Positions 11,599 to 24,170 of a DNA stretch of 64,000 nucleotides are shown here, piece after piece. Each line of letters opens with the position of its first letter. Positions within the stretch are counted from its first letter, which is position 1. The notes beneath the pieces were generated by a model. The model had not been told where the DNA came from. It saw nothing but the letters and a program-made list of their open reading frames with translations, and ran no database searches. Source of the stretch: Balanoglossus misakiensis (lineage: Eukaryota; Animalia; Hemichordata); assembly GCA_040954595.2 (NCBI GenBank), contig CM082593.2, forward strand, positions 1,250,901 to 1,314,900. Direction: 5' to 3'. Made by a program: the position numbers and the translations under genes.

Positions 11599-11615
11599 GC
11601 TGCCCTCTAGCGGCA
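11599..11615 (-). promoter_or_regulatory. CTCF-binding-site-like motif between the converging 3' ends of genes B and C
   Basis: The minus strand reads TGCCGCTAGAGGGCAGC, closely matching the CTCF core CCRSYAGRKGGCRS. Confidence 0.6.
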
Positions 11616-12032
11616 ATTTGTAAACAAGGTCACTGACATCACAGGTGGGCCTGGTGCTTTCAATTGAAACCAAATCCAAAGCTATTAAATCTCTTCAATA
11701 CTCCGAGTAATAAAGTTCAACTTTAGAAATAGATTTCATCAGGTGGCATTTTCTTTAGCCCATAAATCAGACGATATTCATCTAATACTACTAAATATGA
11801 AATATAGTTCTACTCTCATTTGATTAAGAATTGGACCCATGTAAGGCACATGCATATGTTTTGTTGAGATTGTGATAAAGGCAATTTCCCTTTTGACTGA
11901 TGGCTGACTGAAACATTTCCAACAATCGATAACTACAATTGATTGCTAGCTGCAGAACAGTGTTTGCTGCATGAACTAGAGTACCGGTAGAAATTATTTC
12001 CGCAAACATACATATAAATTATGACAAAAATG

Positions 12033-12063
<31 letters not shown>
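12033..12063. repeat. (GATA)n/(GACA)n compound microsatellite
   Basis: gatagatagatagatagacagacagacagac. Confidence 0.85.
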
Positions 12064-13247
12064 GCATATACATCAACTACCTTGGTTATTTACTTCACTG
12101 TTAACATTTCCTGTTATGTAAAGCCATCTGCCTTTAGAACGCTTGAGTGGGTACATTGTCCTCCCGGCAAGAACTGAACACTTATCTACTGTAATTCATC
12201 AAATGCATTTCGTATGAGCCTGTTGTGCAGCGGACCATTTTAGTGATTTTTCGACCTTCGTCCTTTCAATTGCAGATGTTCAGAAAATTATTCTAATAAG
12301 GCAATTTTGTACAGTTGTCTGGTAAATCAACATACATGTACAAGTACCATACATAGGAGGTAGTGTAATATTCTTTCTCTTCTGACTACCTTGAAATTTT
12401 ACATTTACCACGCAAATTCCTTCTGGGTAGAAATAAGTGCCACACAAATTCATATATTTGATACCAACACAGTGTAATTGTGTGCAATTTAAGATGGTTA
12501 AGCTGATTCAATGGATTTTGTTGTCATGGCCACTGGCATACAGCAACGCAACACCCTGTTGCGGTCTAAATGGCAACATATACAAAATTCATCCTGCAAT
12601 ATCTACCTGTAATGGCAATTCTTAATATTGTGAACACATACATGTACCATACATGCTGAGAATATATTTCATTTGGTTGTATCATTCTTGATTTGTATTA
12701 AAAATCTCAATTTGACAAACCTTAGATTTGTCACGCTACGTAAGCACGCTGACGCACATCCCAGGTAATAAATTTCACTACAAGTTAACATTTGAACTAT
12801 TTGTTCGTAATGCAACATAAACCCGAAATGCAATAAAGTATGATCGTAACGACCTCCTGATCGTATTTATTTTTTATTACGGTTACAAAGCTTCAAAACT
12901 ATTTTCTGAGTAAAGGTTTGAGCTACACAAAGCCGAGTGATATCTCAGTAATCCACAGGAAATTAAAAATATGCATGTTTGCAACAGCAACATGTAGTCT
13001 ACACACAATAGCTTTCAAGGACAGCTTGACTGATTAGTTGAGTTTGGATTAGTCTTAAGCCAGATCCTAAGATATCCAATTATTTTAATCTGTTATTCAC
13101 AGGATGAATGTTTGTATTTTTAAAAGGTATAAACATTCATCTAAATCTCAAACACACTGGTTTATATTCTGTTTAATAACATTTCTTCTGACCAGTGGTA
13201 GGGCTGTGGCATTCCGGCATAAGCCGACAAACAGACCAGGCACGCAT

Positions 13248-13430
13248 TCAGATAGGACTCCCCGATTTAGACTGCTTTATCTCTGGAAACTTATACAAGT
13301 CATAAAGAGAATTGTTCCTCGTCTGGTAGAAAATGCTGCTTGTTCGGTTTCGTGTGGTTGTTTCGCTTCCTTCACGTCTCAGTGTGCGTCTCAGAAAATA
13401 ACACGGTCGAAGTGCCTCCAGCAGGTCTTT
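13248..13430 (-). CDS. Gene C GPCR exon 4 (helix 8, C-tail)
   Basis: Acceptor ttcctttttttacag; KDLLEALRPC...NRTSSIF...KSGSPI then TGA. Confidence 0.82.
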   Translation of the reverse strand, partial: KDLLEALRPCYFLRRTLRREGSETTTRNRTSSIFYQTRNNSLYDLYKFPEIKQSKSGSPI

Positions 13431-13966
13431 CTGTAAAAAAAGGAACATTTAGAGAAGTTTAAATTAAGTGCTTTGCGGAGATTTGCCAACTTCATATTAC
13501 ATCGACAACCTAACATTGTATTTCTATATCAAGGACATATATGACGTGTATTTTCAGACTGGCTTATTCAAGCTATCAGTTCCCAGCTCAGGCTCCTAAA
13601 GAATGGTATCTTTCCTCTTCTCATAAAATTGCTCACTGACATGTTTTAGCATGTTTATTTGAAAAAGTTGATCAAAACTCGGTTTCACACCAGTACACTA
13701 TATTGCATGTAAAATCAAGATGTTGTGACCCTTATCAAATTCAAAGCTATTGAGATAGGAATTTGATTTTCTCACAGACAATAAAACCACACTTGTGGAA
13801 TCTGCAGCCATAATCCTGGCCCTATATTTGAAATGGTTCGTGATGTTGCCATGAAAATTCACTTCAGTTTGATGGTATTTAGGACAAGCATGTGCGTACT
13901 ATCAGTTTTATTTATGACGGTGACATTTTTGGCGGCTTTATATGAAGTAGACTGTGAATTTATTAC

Positions 13967-14164
13967 TTGACGCCTGACTCCAATCATGTCTTGACGCCTA
14001 CACCCAATCATGTCTTACAAACGATACAATGACCACTGCAAAGTCTGAGCATCTGTTATGCTGTGATGAATTTTTTTATATACTTGAAAGTACTGTATGG
14101 CAATTTCAATATAACCTGCCGAAATGCCAATCATGTTTTACATGCGATACAATGACCGCTGCAA
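13967..14164. repeat. Local nested direct duplications in gene C intron 3
   Basis: cttgacgcct...ccaatcatgt occurs twice (about 24-nt period). ccaatcatgtYttaca..cgatacaatgaccRctgcaa occurs at about 14003 and about 14127. Confidence 0.7.
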
Positions 14165-14308
14165 TATATATGTGCAGTCGAACTGGAGTGATTGTTATGT
14201 AGACTCAAGATCTCCTGTTTAATAGTACAAACTACTATTTTCAACTTTGAATGTAATGCCTTACATTACGAATGCCATCCCTATAATCCTGCCATACAAT
14301 TGACTTAC

Positions 14309-14524
14309 CTTGAAGTTGTCTTTCAAAAAGGTATAAATAAATGGGTTGAGGAAACTGTGCGACATGGCAAGCAGATGAAGACAGCAATAGAGCTTGACGA
14401 TTGCTGCTCCTCCATTGTCTGGATGCAAGACAATAGGCTTCAGAGTCACAACAATTATCAGGGTTTGCAGAGGTAGCCAGCAGATGAAGAACGCCAGCAT
14501 CACAATGGTTACCATCTTTATAAC
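14309..14524 (-). CDS. Gene C GPCR exon 3 (TM6-TM7)
   Basis: Acceptor tttctacattcag; VIKMVTIVMLAFFICWLP...SHSFLNPFIYTFLKDNFK; donor AAG|GTAAGT. 216 nt, the same length as in paralog D. Confidence 0.93.
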
Positions 14525-16556
14525 CTGAATGTAGAAATAGAAATAAGTAGTATATAATTTTTGAAATGTATACAGCTGAGAAAGCAGAGAGTATGATTGG
14601 TTATAAACATAAATGATGGGAAAAGGTTAAGATGTGATAGAGATATAGTGAATGAATAATGCTGAGGTGCTTGTAATTCAAAGGCTTTATAGCACGTCCT
14701 GTCTTCTGACAGCAAACACAGCATTCAAATGATAACATGAAATCACACTATAGCATATTGCATGCACATGACATGTGGTTTGATATGTAGTAAGTAAATA
14801 TACAAATCAGCTGTTATATTGCACATCATGTCTATCAAACACTTATAATAACACACCATTTTCCAATACTCCACTAGTTCCTGAGAGGTCTTGCATGCCT
14901 AGGTAGTTTATATGGGAGAATATTTTCACATGCCAAAGAGAGTGTAGGGCACTGAGGTTGTTTACACAGTCTTCTAGATTTATTTATCAGCTCTTCAACT
15001 TCAAAATACCTGACCCACTTTCCCAACTAGAAAAGGAATTAGTGACGAAGTTGATTATGTACGATTAACAGTACAGTGAACAGTTTTTCCTTAATTCATC
15101 CCATGGGGTCCTCTTTGAAATGATAACAACTTCGCGAATAATCATGGACGGCATTGACGTCAGAATTGATTCAAGTTACGTTCGTGCGTCAAATGTACAA
15201 TTGTGTGCCTAGTAGAGCGTAGTAATGTTAGCTGGCATTTAGATGAGCACGTTGTATGATTTATTGTCAATTACTCAGTTTCATAAATACCAATACCACC
15301 TATTCACCATATGGTAGCTTGGCCATATCTTTCTTGATACGTATATGGCTATATAGGTTGCGATGGTAAGTTGGTTTCTGTTGAATAATTTACCATGGAG
15401 TAATGTGGCTCTTTGATACATCAATACATCTGGAAAATCAGCAATCCCACTTGTGTGGACATGGATATACTGGTACTTTCAGTATATCATGTCATTTGCT
15501 GAGATTTCTATCACACAATATTGAACAAATATGAATAATTGGTGAGTTTTTTTGACCAAGTCATGGATACAGTAGAGAAAAGAATTCACCAGTACACACC
15601 TACACATCAAACCAAATACTCTGTAATGTTATCATTTACATGTAATTTTTCCCACTCTCAGTAAACCTTATAGACTGATGGACCTTGCCTAGACAAAGCG
15701 ATTTGTGCGTGATGTCGAGGTATCATGCTGTTTTTAGATTCGCACACAGTTGTAAAAATAATTTTGCAAATTACATCATTTAAAAGGTGGTTTTATAAGC
15801 ATGTATGGATTTTCGATATCATGCTTCCAGGTGGTCTCTATTCATTTGCAGATTTAATTGACCAATCTTATTTAATAGTTGCTTTTACCATACAATGTCT
15901 GTTGCCAAAGACCCCATGCATGGACTGAATTGTGAGCCCAGAAGAATCCATGAAACATCACGAAAACGATATGACAATATACATCACGCAGCGTATTGGC
16001 ATTCATTGTAGTCTGGCTGGAATAAATACATGTACCGGTACTAGGATTGAATGAAACTTTGATTTTTTGTCCAAAAACAAATGTCTCTTGAAGTTGTATT
16101 AATCTGCCCAAACTCAAATAAAATGTATTAATAGGGTAATATTTTTTCATTTTTTTCTAATCAAGGCATGGACAGTTATTTAGGATGAATGACCAATGCT
16201 CAACAGGACCAGTTGACTGTGTCAATGCTAATCAACACAGATATAAATGAATTGCCGTAGCATTATCTCTTTCCGCGAAAGTAAATGATGGGACTTTTAT
16301 GGTGAGCATGATGCCTAGCGTATCAAGTGGACTGAGTCATCCTGTTGTGTATGTTGTACATCAGTCTGTGTGAAGGGGTCGGTATCTGTATGTGCCTTTG
16401 CAACAGTGATAATGTGAAAAAGATGGTCGATTTAGTCACAATGCATGACATTTGGACATGACAACATTCTGTTGTGAGGACATGATGATAGAGTTTTGAT
16501 AGACTATAAGGATCAAATGATGATGATGATGATGATAATAAAATATTAATAATAAC

Positions 16557-16946
16557 CTTCAGTTTTGTCGAGATCTGTTTACTTTCCTTCTGTGCGTTGT
16601 CGTTATTTGGTGTCTGCCTGAACCACAACTTCACTGCAATTCTTCCACATGTTCCAGCAAGCAGCAAGAACGGGACGAGGAACGTAGTGGTGAAGATAGT
16701 GCAGCGGTAGACCAGAGAGCTGTGCCAACCTTCACCGCATCTCTTCTGCACTGAAGGCAAATACTCCACACGGACGGTGACCAGCAGTGCCACGTTGGCG
16801 AGTGCGGAGAACACCCACACTAAGCAAACGGAGGCTCGCGTGCGGCAGACTGTGGAGCGTGTGTGCACTCGGAGAGGATTCATCACTGCTCTATATCGAT
16901 CCACACTGATCACCACAAGAGTGGATACACTTGACAACAGAGAAAC
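16557..16946 (-). CDS. Gene C GPCR exon 2 (TM3-TM5, ICL3)
   Basis: Acceptor tttcctgatag; VSLLSSVSTLVVISVDRYRAVMNPL...RCGEGW...FLVPF...STKLK. The donor AAG|GTTATT is weak but sits at the same position as in paralog D. Confidence 0.9.
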
Positions 16947-17292
16947 CTATCAGGAAATATAACACCAAAAAAATACCATTGAAGAGCTCTCTAATAACAG
17001 ACTAAACGGATGTCTATAAGTTCTTCGAATATGAATATTCAGCAACGGATCACATTGAAGAGAATCCATGCATGCTGCTAGCACCTACTATCTGTATTTC
17101 CAACAACTCAAAATTTGACTGACATGAACAACCAAACATTTTGAAGTTCTCCGTATATAGCTGTTGATAAACTGTGAGCAAAAAAGTTAGACAGATTGAA
17201 TAATATTGATTGCAAAATCTATCTAAGAATACAAAACTAGGTATTATCATGTGTGTTTCAATGAGCATGCAAAATTCAAAAGTTGACTTTAC

Positions 17293-17652
17293 CTGTTGCA
17301 CGAAACGCACAAACGGGCACAGGAAATCTGGAAACGGCCAAGTTTGAGAGATGACTTCGATGAACGTAAACGGCATACAGAAGACTGCCATTGTCAGGTC
17401 TGACATTGCTAGACTGATTAAATAAATGTTCAGTTTTGATCCTGAGCGTCTTGCACGCGAGAGTACAATTACAACGCTGAAATTACCGAAGACACTAAGA
17501 GTGATCGCGATCGAATAGGCCGCGGTAAATATTAACTTTTCAAATGGTGATATTGGGAAAGGCATGATGCTTTGTTCCCACGTGTAGTTAACGTCAGATG
17601 AATTCATGTTCATGCCACCAGCTAATATATCTTGACGCTGACTCGGGGACAT
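17293..17652 (-). CDS. Gene C GPCR exon 1 (N-terminus to start of TM3)
   Basis: First in-frame ATG is at 17652 (the ORF-track start at 17688 is GTG). ...VFGNFSV...ISLAMSDLTMAVFCMPFTF...WPFPDFLCPFVRFVQQ; donor CAG|GTAAAG. Confidence 0.9.
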
Positions 17653-20352
17653 GAATTCTGGTAATGTGTACACTAGGTGCAAATCCACTCACTTCATGAG
17701 GTCTTCAATGTCAGCTCTGAAGATCACACTGCCCAACCGCCGCCACTACTCTTCTCTGAATTGCGAGTGACTGTACTGCCGCTTTGCAAGCCAGATATAG
17801 TCAGAGAACTAAATACTTTAAAATCAAACCTCGTGTGAGCATGCGCAGAAATATGAGGGCTTTCCAGGAAAAATGTGCTCTCTGTTTCCACCAGCAACAA
17901 AACGTCAAATAAATCATGTCTACAATTGTCATATATGAAACTTGAATGAATAAAAAAAGCATTTTGTTGTGAATTGACAATATTGACATTGTTACATTCG
18001 GAAGCTGTTATACTTGCGTTGGTTAAATAGTTACGTTATGGTGATGCGACGAAAGTAACTGATCACGACCTATTTGCCGTGACACAGCTCCAACATAGCG
18101 TAAATAAATACCACACTTTTAACAAGGAACGCTGTGAGTCTCAAACCATCGCATTTGCCTACAGTCATTTCTGCCCTTAATTTGGCCATTTAGCTGGATA
18201 CATGGTCGTGTTTCTGAGAAAAATTGCTTAATCGGTATTTTGTATGCTGAAAACAAATTCTACACCATGATATTTTTTCAGGGAATATGTCGATGGCAGG
18301 AAGCTAAATAGAAGGAATATTGAGTTAAAGTCAGTAGGATAAGGTGTGTGGAATAACAACTTGATAAATACATCCAAGTATTAATTGACTTGCAGGTAAA
18401 ACATATTTTCTCAATTCAATCACATTAATGGAAAGACCTTCAGCTATGTCATCAAGATCTATTCTGACCTCATTTTCAGGCTTGAATCAGCTATCGGCTA
18501 AGGGAGTATAGAGAGATCATCCACAAATATGAGTCTCGTCACAAGGTGTGGTCCCTAGAGGGTACAACACATTTGGTTAATCCCAAGAAATCATTTTTGG
18601 GTTACTAATTCTTCTTCCGCAGACTGTCAGGAATGTGTTGCTTACGGCGAATTACCTTCATTGCCTTGACATGGCGTGAAAGCTTTATCTGAACCGCACT
18701 ACTTGTACACTGTTAATGAAAGTGCGGTGAACCTTAGTTAAAACATTCATTCAATTTCAAGAAGTTTGAAAACAAGAAAACACATGGGAGTTGCCATCAC
18801 ATCATGCCCTGCCCTTGTGGGTTTTCCATATTCATCCCCATCTATCAAATGCATGTACTGGTACCTTGCACCAATCTGAACAAAGTACATGTACCCCCAG
18901 CCTATACTAGTAATGCAAACTATCCATGTTCCTTATCCTATACAGTCACAATGAAAATGGTTTGAGCTACACAGATTGACTGTGGTCAAATAAGCCATGA
19001 TATAGATGTTTCTTTTGGATGTACCGGTACATTATGATATTTTGATCGACAGATGAATATAGATCATTAATTTGTCTATGATCCTGAAACAATTAAGATG
19101 GCCACAAATACATTGTTAAAACTTTATTGTGCTACATGCATAGAGAAATAGTTCAACACAACTTACTGTTGAGATGAGTAAATAATTTGTTCGATCTGTA
19201 GATGGAACTTACTTGCAAACAGTCAGGCCATATCAGAAATGTGTTGTTATAAAGCAGTTTTACGTTTTAGTGCAAACCCCAGGGATGAAAGGTCTACATC
19301 CAAGCATACACACATGAGAACGCTACTGCATTATAGACTGAAGTGTTTTGATAGCAAACTCATTAGTTCTGAGTGAAGTTGTCATTAATATATATAGTTA
19401 CTCACAGTGACATTTGAAAAGTCAAGTCGTTAGAGTAAATTACTTGTTCAGTTGAAATGTACGGCACATATTCAGCACGTTTTATGTTATTCTCTTGTTA
19501 AAACAAGTTGGCTAAATTGACAACCCCATTAAGGGGATTTTCCCAGGGTCTCATGTTGGTTGTTGAATTACTCAGCGCGCCCGCGGGAGATAGACACACA
19601 CATGGGGACATGCATAGGGTATCATGAAAGACAAGCGGTCGTCAACCTGAGAAGGTCAACATAATATCAGAGTTAACTCTCACAACACATAAAGTTCCCT
19701 ATGTCCTAATGAATGCCAAAGGGGTTTTTATGTCTTAATCAAAGTCCCATAACAATATCAAATCTCTTGTTACGACAAATATGCTTAACAATAACCAATG
19801 ACAGGCAGCTTACTGATCTCACCCAGTGCACGTTTGCTCGTGTACGGGTACAGTGTAGGTATCTTAATATTTACACACGGTTGCGCTTGCTGTAATCTGT
19901 AGGCAATATTACGGTATAATACACTTTTAACAGATGACAATTACAGAGAATGCAATATGATAGAATGAAACCCAAATGGAAGTCCATCTACGGTTTGATA
20001 AGAATCAAGTTCATACTGTCTTGGGAGATTTTCTCGGCATTCCTTTCCCTCGGGTTATAGCTTCCAGCTAAGCTTTTATGTGATAACAAAGGTTGGAGCA
20101 GCAGCATTTCCTTCCATTCAATGGGCTTTGATGTCTGTATATGCATGACAATGTATACATCCATTAAATCCATTCAGTAGATATTGGTTGACATCAGTCT
20201 CATTTTACCTCTCAACATTCGATGTCAGTAAACGTCGCTTGAGATATTTGTATACACTCGTTTCAAATTGGACAACTTTTTTTGACATCTCAAAAGGACT
20301 GGTTTGTCATTTGTCAATTTTGTACACATTGTACTCGTAATTAATTGTCACG

Positions 20353-20382
20353 AAAAGGCACAGCTAAAAGGCACAGCTAAAA
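20353..20382. repeat. Perfect 13-nt tandem duplication
   Basis: aaaaggcacagct aaaaggcacagct aaaa. Confidence 0.85.
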
Positions 20383-23300
20383 CGAAGGCATTGTGATTTT
20401 CAGTGCTTGATATTGCTGTATATAAAACATAACATGTGTCTCTTTGCGGATATGCCCCAAACAGTTTTATTAGGACCTTGCAAGTATCTCACTGATACGA
20501 TCTGGGTGAGGAAAGAAATTAAATATGGGCCTTAAGGCTTCTCAAGTTGGATATGGAATACTACCGTGGCACTTGTACACGTTTCAGTAATCATTATATG
20601 ATGCTTCAAATTTCTGCTTTGTAGCAGCGTGCTTGCCGCCAATGAGCTTACAGGTACACGGCCACATATGTAAATTTAGCCAGAGTTACTATACTATAAA
20701 CAATTGAGTCCACCAAACACATTTTCAATGACGGTGACAACAAGTGGCTACATACATTGCCTAGGTTTTATCCATTCCGACTTCTGTTTGGTGTAATAGG
20801 AGTTATACTAAGGTAATAAAAATGATTGAAGGACGAAGACGTGTGTGATATTAACACTACTGCTATTAATCAAGAAGAGAAGACCCACATTTCTGCTACT
20901 TTAACAAGACGATCAGGAGGTTTTCATCACGCAGACAAGTGATATGTGTCGATTATGAAGCATAGGACCCCTTCTGTGCTTTTCAATTTTAGATGTCCAT
21001 GCACGGACCCCTGCCTTTCCATTCTTTGCAATCAGACAAATTGGAAAATGATAACATCAAAGCCAGTCAGAATGAAACAGTGAAACCTGTATATTACTCA
21101 GTTCCAATTTAGGGCGATCAATAGAAACACATCACAGGATGGTATCAGTCAGCATGTTTCATTTAAAACTTCGCCGACGTTACTTTGGCGACAGATAACA
21201 ATTTACCCGAGAGGTTAATATATAAAGTCGGTGCCAATTTCACTCACTAATATTCTGCATTGATCTGATTTGAAGTATATCATATGCGTGAAGGTCAAAT
21301 TGGTACTGGAACTGTGTTAAACGGCACACATGGTACAATTTTGTTAAACTATTGTAGTTTCATACCAAATTTTTACTTGGCTAGCAACCTGTTCTACAGT
21401 AATGAGCAGAAAATCATTCCTTAATGTACGTGCCAGTATACTGCATTATTGTATTGATTTTTCGAGTACAAGACCAAACAGACAAAGTCAACATCACACC
21501 TGTCTTTCTTTTAATTGAGGTAGTATTTGTCAGTAACTTTTAAATTCTGACCTCGAGAGATCTGATGATAAGTTAAAACAAGTTAGTCACCATGCTGACA
21601 TGAAAGAAAAGAGTTGGTATTTGATTATTTGAGGAGTGACAATCACCATTTGCACTGTGCTGTCAGCCTTAACGTCAAATTTCAAAAAAATATTCTTCTA
21701 CTTTGACTATCGTCTATCACATTTGACATTACTGCATCGATATTAGCTTAAATTTGACGTGTTCATTTGCTAAATTAATCTTTGATTGAGTGTTTAAAAC
21801 CCATTTCACAATTTAATTCCTTTATAATGTCATCTTATAAAGAGAACACTGCTGAACCTCAATATCAAACGCATTAATCACAATGTCATTGTAGTATTAT
21901 GAGGTCAGTTGATCAGTTAAAGCTCTCTACAGTTCCGGTCGCGCACTAGGAGGTACGGCGGATATGCTTTCAGTGTCGCAGTACCCACTCTTTGGAATAA
22001 TAAAATGTCAAACTCATATAAAGTCACAGTGATGCCATGAGCAAGCTATCACAAATAACACTGATGGATTAATACCAACAACTTTGTTCTGGGGAGCACG
22101 GGCCAGTCTGGGAAACCCGTCCATCAAAGGCGTACGAGAGGAGGCAGCGTCCAACAAGTGAATTTTTATAATTAGTCGAACCATGGATGTCTGGTAACTG
22201 GTCTTGCTAGTGATTGATATTTCAATGACAAAACTTGAATAAAATATGTTGGAAAAACATTCATGTCCCGATCACCCTTAAGGTAGTAACTTATCGCTGG
22301 GAATCGTGAGATCTTCCCTTTCTCTATTACCCTGTCCGAGGTTTACAAATCTCTTCGAAAGCAGCTATTCAATTACAACTTTGGTTTGATTGGCACAGCC
22401 CTAAATCGCATGAACAAGGTGGTTGATAGGAGTGCGATTTTTTAGTATGGAAGTCACTTGGCATGAACTGATATCACCGATGTTTGCACTGAAAGATCAT
22501 ATCAATGAATGCTTTACCGGTGATTGAAATGAATTGCCAGAATGATTGCACACATATTAAGTCGTACTCCCCAGAATGTAAAACATTACGTCCTCAGGCT
22601 TGCTGATCTATGGGTCCTTCAAACCCACTAATCCAGGCACAGTTGAGAAGCAATCCAGATTTCTTTGTTATAGACTTTACATGAGATTTTTTGACATAAA
22701 GGATGGATGCACTTTGAAAAGACATTTAACATTTGAAGGATATGAAACTACTAGCTGCCTTAAGCCATCAAACGTAAATTACATTTGGTTTAATGTAACT
22801 GGCGATGAAATTGGCTGTCAGACTTTGTCAGGGTTGGTATCAATTAAATTCTACCTGTGGCGAGTGCCTGTAACCAGAAAAGCATCATTTAATATTCTAT
22901 ACCAGTAGCTGACAGCAATGTTTGAACAAATGTAAAGAAGCTTCGCTGAATAAGCTTCGTTTCTAAGAAAAGTCGTCAACATGAGAAACTCGGAAAGGCC
23001 TTGAAGCACATGCAGCGCATTCACTATACTATTTTGCCACATGGGCTTCTGTTGCTAATATTGGCGGTGCTGTCAAAGTAACATGGACCTCTCCGCAGGT
23101 CTCACAGTTTCACTTCACAATCAACCGCTGGGGTGGGCATCACAATTTAAACGGAGCTGCTCTGACTAGACATACAAACACAGCGAGAAACTTTTCTGTC
23201 TGTGTTTGTATAGAAGTGATGCTGTCAAAAGTTGTATGTTGTGCCAAATTGCATATACTGATGTGTGTACTGATATTAAGCAACCCGCCTTATTCCAAGA

Positions 23301-23960
23301 AGTTGATGACAACACCCAAGAACAGGAAAAATTTATCCATTTCAGATTAAAAGGTTACTGGGTTTAATCTTGTTGTGCAGTACGTGACCCACAGACTGAT
23401 TATACCCATGGGATATGAAATTCTAGACACTGATAGATCATTCAATTTAATGTATACCGAGATCGCGTTATTATTTGTTATCTGTTATGTCCTTGGCATG
23501 TGCTGGTTTCTTTTTTCACGATTTACTTGATAGTTTCCGTTTTCGCAAACTCTGAAGCATATAGACAGAAGCAGACTAGCGACCCAACTTGAAGTTTTCA
23601 ACCTTCAGATCTCCAAGAGGAAACATTTAAATCTTGCATGCAGCTACTTCTCTTGGGAATTATCTCGACCTATACCTGCGGGTTATTAGGATGCTTCACC
23701 AAGGCGAACACGTTGCAACATTATTCCAGAGACAATCCGCTTATTCTATAGGTCATCCGTTCAACTCGCGGTAGCGGATGCCCACTGGCAACAGACCCGG
23801 GTGCAGACATTGGCGAGTGTAAACAAGCCTCGTTTTATTATCGGGATATTATGCGACTTCCTGCAGCTTGATTGGATACGTTTACCGGCAAATATTTGAA
23901 ATCGCTTTTCCATGCTTTTATTTACGCGCGGCGATGCTGTCTTCTCCATGTATTCCGATT

Positions 23961-24170
23961 GAGGTAGTATGCACCTCAAAAATAAAAATCTTAAACTTAT
24001 TCTCACATTTAAATTTGCGCTAGGCAACTTAGGAATATTTTCTCTTAAAATAAAAAATAACAATTGGGTGTCACCGTGCAACATTTTTCTGTGTTAACTC
24101 TATGGTATACTATTATAGTACAGAATTGAATGACTTGGTGGATTTTTTTCTAGAAATCTGTCCTCAAGGT
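23961..24170 (-). mobile_element. Internally deleted copy of the same element family, opposite orientation
   Basis: Starts aggtagtatgcacctc and ends gaaatctgtcctcaaggtgtg, which is the reverse complement of the cgcctgaggacagatttt end seen at about 26618. Confidence 0.6.

Larger units (their letters stand above)
13248..17652 (-). other. Gene C model: neuropeptide-type class A GPCR (tachykinin/luqin-RYamide/GPR83-like group), about 382 aa
   Basis: Exons 17652-17293, 16946-16557, 14524-14309 and 13430-13248, all phase 0, total 1149 nt. Motifs: GN, LAMSD..MPFTF, WPF..C, DRY, CWLP, HLLAMSHSFLNPFIY. Intron positions match paralog D. The start codon could instead be the downstream Met at about 17613. 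Confidence 0.93.

Noticed and set aside
17653-17688. ORF-track N-terminus MDLHLVYT... for gene C
   Set aside because: The codon at 17688 is GTG directly after an in-frame TGA; the first ATG is at 17652.
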